Below, one piece after another: positions 58,556 to 64,000 of a stretch of DNA of 64,000 nt (position 1 is its first letter; each line of letters starts with the position of its first letter). The position numbers were made by a program, and so were the translations under genes. The notes beneath the pieces were generated by a model that worked only from the letters and a program-made list of their open reading frames with translations, did not search any database and had not been told where the DNA came from. The stretch lies in assembly GCA_000182565.2 (NCBI GenBank), contig KQ257456.1; one strand, given 5' to 3'. Origin of the DNA: Spizellomyces punctatus DAOM BR117 (Eukaryota).

Positions 58556-60470
58556 AGTCCTCAAAAGTTTCTTGCCGATCTTGCCGTTGGCCCGCAGACT
58601 CTTGTCACTTGTTGTCGACAGCGGCACTTTGATTGTTGTCGGACATAGTTATCTTGTTTTCTGTCGCCGACGCTGAAGTACCTGTTGACCTTGACCTTGA
58701 CGTCGCCCCTTGTGTGGTCCTCACGTACAGAGAAGGGAGAAGGACGCTTCCCTATCTTGGATCGGTATTCTTTGGCTCTCGACAAAGGACGAGCCAGAAG
58801 AATCGCGGTGTCACCTTGTGGACTGCGTAGTTCACTTGAAACCATGTGTCGTCTCTACACAAGGCAAGAAACAAGATGGTTTAGAAACAGTTCGGAAGCG
58901 CAGCAAGCAGGGAAGTCACAGGAATGGTTGCAAGCAGTCCGAAGGGTACGCTAGTTTGCAGGGAGAGGGCAGATGTAAACTTGTGAACGAAACGTTTCCC
59001 AGTGGCGGTCTTGAGAGGTCCGAAGGAAGATCCTAGTGTGCAAGAAAACAGAGGAATTAAGAACCAGTGACAAATCGGAAGATCGTTCAGCGATGGCCGA
59101 GTAGCCCGGCGAGAATGCTGCGCCTGTCCAACTCACAATTCGAAATGCACCTGACCCATCTTGAACGTCCAGGCGCTCATGAGCACAGTGTAGATGCTTT
59201 GCATGGAAGGTAAGAGAGCGGAATGCAGAAAAGCAGGATGGAAATGTCGGGGGGGACGTGGTGGGGGGGGGCCTTTTTATCTTTGAACGGGGGGAATGAC
59301 ACCGCGTTATTTACTGCGCAAACCAGAACGCGACTGATAACGTAATTAATGCACGTGGTTGTACGCATAGAAGCATTTACAGTTACAACTACCGTGGTGA
59401 TGACACATCCTTGTGCTCTCAGCGTGGAATACCAGTAACCAATCAGATATTAACCATGGAAAACCGAAGTGATCATGTCAGCATCCGCAAAGCATTTCGA
59501 CAGCTAGCAGAACGACATGACATTGCACACGAACTGACAAGTACTTGCCGTATGCAATGGACAGTTTATATGCCAATCGCAAGGCATATAGATGATGCCT
59601 GTAGCGACAGTTTTGTCGCTAGTTAAGGTCATGTCCACAATGGAAAAGTGAATGCGTATGCTAAATCTCCATGCACATGTGTCAATCGTACATTGGTTGG
59701 AAGGGTGTGCTCCAAGTGCACTTGTATGGAAACTTGCAATCCATGTGTTGACCACCTTAGAGGGGGTGCTGTCCTACAGTTTGTGACCTTCTCCACGCGC
59801 AGCACCCATCCAAATGAAGGGAGAAAAGCGCAGTGTCTCCTGCCAGTTGTTCTTGTAAGCAACAAAATCCATGTCCCATGGGCCTCAATGCGCACACTGG
59901 GGCATACCATGGTAAATAGCAATATGCCCCACGGGCTCAGGTGACAGAATTCAAGAACGTCGGATAATCTCACAAAAGGGAACTTTTGTAGCCCCTGTTG
60001 ACAGTAGCCAAATATGATGATGTTGTAGCCTCGGCTGGCTGATTGGGAAAATGAGGGGATGGGAGGAATTATGGGTGCGGGATTGGTGACGGGGGGAAAT
60101 TACTGCCACTGCATGTGCGGGAAGTTCGTTAAGCCCACCTGCTCTATTGGGGCCAGGGTTCTACTGTGACAACGCTTGCATACCGTGCACCTATAAGTAA
60201 TGATCTCACCTCTACCTCTATACCACTATGTTCTCATTTACGGTATCTTTATTGTACAATATCTCGTCTACGTTTTGCTGCGGCTTTAGATCGAGAGAGT
60301 TGCAGAAGGACAGGAAGCAAACGGACAGTTGTCTGGGAAAGAGTAATAGTATTGTAGATCGTGCTTCACGTTAAAAAGTGTCTGGAAGCGCGGACAGTCT
60401 GAGTCTGGAGTCGATCGAAGCAGGAAAGAAGCAATTGTCCGAGTTCAGTCCAATCCAAATCCAACAGAGC

Positions 60471-60960
60471 ATGTCGTGGACTGTCCAGCAAGCGGCAGTT
60501 TCTCCATCAGCAAACTCTGATATCTATGACCGTGCCTCTCAAGAACTCATTCGAGAGGCAACCTATGGTATAACCTTTACTGTAGAATTCATCATCTTCC
60601 TTTCCGTCTTGGGCCAATTCTGCAATTACATTATTCAACTGATTTCACACCGCAATGTAACACCTTTGACGTTGCACATCACACAAGGGCACTTCTAAAC
60701 GCTGTCTATGCGATCTGCTCTACTTATAACACGTACGCAATTACCAGTAGCGTCATGTTTCCGAGTGAACGTTGATTTGTCCTTGGCAGTGCATTATGGT
60801 GCAAAGGTGTGACCACAGTACAGTGTATTGTCAAGACGAGCGGCGAGAGCGTCGACATGCGTCTATTCCGTAGCCACTGTGGTCCTCCTCAGCGTAATCG
60901 TTTTTGACGCTCCATCGGTCGAGATTGGATAAGGGATTTGTAGCAGCAGTTACCGCTGGG
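60471..60960 (+). pseudogene. Possible disrupted membrane-protein gene
   Basis: ORF from MSWTVQ with a TM-like segment (ITFTVEFIIFLSVLGQF), then stops and further hydrophobic fragments without clean splice sites. Confidence 0.25.
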
Positions 60961-61259
60961 ACGGTAAGTTTTTTGGGCGAGCAGGTGCTTGAAATGAACG
61001 ATTCGTACCTATTTGGTAAAGAATGGACATTTGAACACATATTAGCAAAGAAGGCGACAGATTGGAGTAGAAATTCCACAAGAAGTGGAAAAGAATGACC
61101 TGGACAGGTTTATGGTAGCGAGATATATATTTTTGTATATGTACAGGATAAAATATTGCATCGTGCTCCTCTTTTTTACACATTTGCTTTTGACTCTCAT
61201 GCTTTGTACAGACCGACCTTTTGCTTTACATATTTACGCCAGACCCACATCCCACGGCT

Positions 61260-62202
61260 TTAAACTTTAAGCTCGTCGTGCTCCACCTCAGACATTCCAA
61301 TGCCTGAATCACGGTCAATTCGAACGCTCCTGAAGCCCCATGTTTGTCGCTTGTTCTTCCCATACCGTCGCCCACACTTTTCAACGCAGGACAAGATTAA
61401 TGTGCCAAAGAACACAAAACCTATGAGTCCGACAGACGCCATCATGACGCGGTAAGGATACAAGTAGACGGAGGGTCCTGTGTCCGAGTACAGGTATCGT
61501 GCAGCGTTGCCTGCGAGAGATTTCACAAGGTCGGGAACGCGTGGACGCAGTTGAGAGGGTAAGATGCGGAAGAACACAAGGACGGCCACTTGGAGGAGAA
61601 CTGTTGAAGAGCAGAGAACGTGAGTTTACTGGTAACATGGTCCAGATCAACGCTTGAATGAGAAACTTACGAGCAATGAGACTCAAGATGAGTGTCACAA
61701 TGTACACCGTCATGCCACGATATCTTCTCAATAATATACATGCAACTAATCACAAAAGTGAGAATGTTAGCAAAAGGAAACAAAATACAAGGCGCCATGT
61801 CATAGATCTAAAACGAAACAACTTACCAAAGGCTAATCCAACCACGACATCACTCGCAATCATAAAAGCCCGCACAGCATCCACAATTTTGCAAACTTCA
61901 CCGACAACCCCGCAAACGTCCACCGGCCTACACTCGTCCGCCCCGCCACCTTGAACCTGCGGCACATCCACAGTTGAAGGCAGTCCTTTCACACACCACC
62001 CAAACAATCCGATCCGGAGAGAAAGTGATTGCACGACACCCATTCCCTGCACACCAACGTCGGCGTATTGCTCGAACCATTTTTGTTTGGTGAAGGTTAT
62101 GGTCAAGCTCAAGGCAAAAGCTCCAAGTGCGACGAGAGCAAACAGGAGGGGAACGGAGCGTAAAAAGGTCGGTGGTCTCGATTGTTTTTCGAGCAGTGGC
62201 AT
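61260..62202 (-). CDS. Four-TM claudin-superfamily (Sur7/PalI-like) membrane protein; 3 exons
   Basis: N-terminal TM, then the RIGLFGWC...C...C loop signature and three further TM segments across introns. Confidence 0.7.
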
Positions 62203-63506
62203 GACTGGTTTTTCCAAATAAGTTCAACTCAATCTCAACGCTGAGGGTAGACGGGATATTCCCCTTATTTTAAGCTAGATCCGTAAACTCAGCGAAACAA
62301 GAGACGGAATAAAAATAATAAATCTAAGGCGAGAATCTAACAAGAAAGCTCAGGAGCAAGAAAATGACAAGAGGATGCTTGCTTATGAGCTCAGCTGTTG
62401 ACGCGCATCCACCTCCACCAATAAAGAAAAAAAAGAGTCTATGAACGGAACCCTCGCCCCAATGACACCCAAACCCCCCCAGTTCCCAAGTGTCCTTTTG
62501 AACACTTCTTTCAATCGATGAGCAACCATTTCAAAACAAAATAAAACGCGCTGTTTGGAGTCATTACGTGATGCTGGTTGATTCGGTTTGTTACTGATTG
62601 GAATGTGAGATCATTCTGATTTCACTCTTTTAACACCTTTTTTTTTTACAGACACTAACTGTTCTCCACCATACAAACGTACGATGATGAGGAAAACGAC
62701 CCACGGGTGCCTCAAGTGACGTTAGAAGGTCGTGTGAGTTGCAAGGATTTGGGCTGTGCTAGAATTATTTCCGATGGGTGGGATGAACGACATTAAAGTG
62801 GAGGTGTTCATCATCAAGACGCACTTGCATCGTATTAGTATTTTTCCTACTATGTGCAGCGCCACAATATCATTTTACCACAGCAACTACAACGCTGTGA
62901 GGCAATGTGCATTCCGTGATGGAAGAACCTACACAAACCACATTCCAAGATAAGTTCCAAACTTGACCATATCCTGTGCGTGAAACAAGCTCTGCGCGCC
63001 GCCAAGCCCATTGCGTGGTTTCATGGCCACAATCACACCTCTTGCTATGCTGAGATAATGCAAATGCAAAGTAGATTAGAACGTGGTCTCACCGTTGGCA
63101 GAAACGGTTGCAGATCATTCCCTTTTTGCTGAAATCGGTTTTGGGCTTGGCTTCGACAACTTGAATGTGCACGAAGGTGGTGGGATCTATATGGAAAGAT
63201 ATTTAGCGATCCAAGAGATCTTTTTTTCGTTTTTTGACGTGGGGCCCTCCAAGATCTCTATGTGTGCTCGTAGGGCCTTTTTTTTGTACCTGAAATGCCA
63301 CTGGTCTTTCCTTGACCCTTGGCGAGTCCCTTTCAACTGCAAATGAACTGCAGGATGGACTGTCACCTGACTGATTACATAAAGATTACTCTATCTTTAC
63401 CATTCGAATGCATTCTTGTCTCACTCGTTGATTCTCACTTTGCACTGCCTCGCCGTTTCGCTTTCTTTGCTGCCAATGCCATTCCACTGCTGAAAGCGGC
63501 CAAACA

Positions 63507-64000
63507 ATGTGCCCACCGCATTTGCTGCGGCTAGCTTTAGCTCAAGACCCTGCTCTTCGAACATCCCGCTATCTCCTCAGACTCGCCACATATGTCTCGA
63601 CGTCCACAGAAGCAGACAAGCAACTCCGCACAAGCCACGCTCGGTTTCTTCCCCACTTTTTCAAATGGTCACCTTTAGCCCTTACCCAAAGCTTTCCCCT
63701 ACGTGCATCAACACATTTACGTCAGAGTTCTGTAGCCTATCACTGCATTCACGCTAGAGAGCGACATGGATTTGCTTCAACAATACACCTACCAAAATGT
63801 GAATGGAGCCCAAAGCTACATATTGCACAGAAACGTTTTGTTGGAACGTCAAAGAGGCGCTTTCATGCCACACCGATAGCTTCCAAGACTCTGTTGACGG
63901 GGGCGATTGTAACGGGGTTCTTTAAACTTGCGAGGACTGTTGTGACCGCCTTGCCAATTCTCTGGAGATGGCAATGGTTCAAGAGGTAGAGAATACCGAA
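63507..64000 (+). CDS. First exon of a probably mitochondrion-targeted protein (continues beyond the window)
   Basis: ATG ORF rich in R/S/L and poor in acidic residues, with RRFHAT and a hydrophobic segment, ending at a GT donor near 63986. Family not determinable. Confidence 0.55.

Noticed and set aside
63507-63989. Assignment as OMA1/M48 peptidase
   Set aside because: Only a vague N-terminal resemblance; no HEXXH motif within the window.

Overview
Intron-rich eukaryotic DNA, most likely from a zoosporic fungus. This is an inference from short GT-AG introns and from EFCAB5-like, CNG/HCN-channel and INTS4-like genes together with fungal Rxt3, Rex3 and Sur7/PalI-type genes; a chytrid of the Spizellomycetales type is plausible but unproven. 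The standout is an apparently intact ~2.3 kb non-autonomous Fanzor1 (eukaryotic TnpB/Cas12-related, RNA-guided nuclease) element at 10780-13067. It has imperfect 25-bp terminal inverted repeats flanked by TA, and CATA (candidate TAM) immediately left of the element. Its ORF needs a 63-nt spliceosomal intron removed to complete the zinc finger and RuvC-III (~595 aa, D/E/D triad present). A structured 3' end is the candidate omegaRNA, whose guide would be read from the right-flank DNA. The rest of the window holds about 20 host genes: AAA ATPase, Rxt3-like, SAM/Zn-finger, aquaporin, a divergent CNB-protein/CNG-channel pair, alpha/beta hydrolase, C2, Rex3-like, MYND, Reeler/GPI, EFCAB5-like, NAA50, INTS4-like and Sur7/PalI-like. 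There are also two assembly gaps, a decayed LTR-retroelement-like region and a ~70-bp minisatellite built like a microexon plus mini-intron. All calls come from reading motifs by eye; no database searches were run, and many exon boundaries are approximate.
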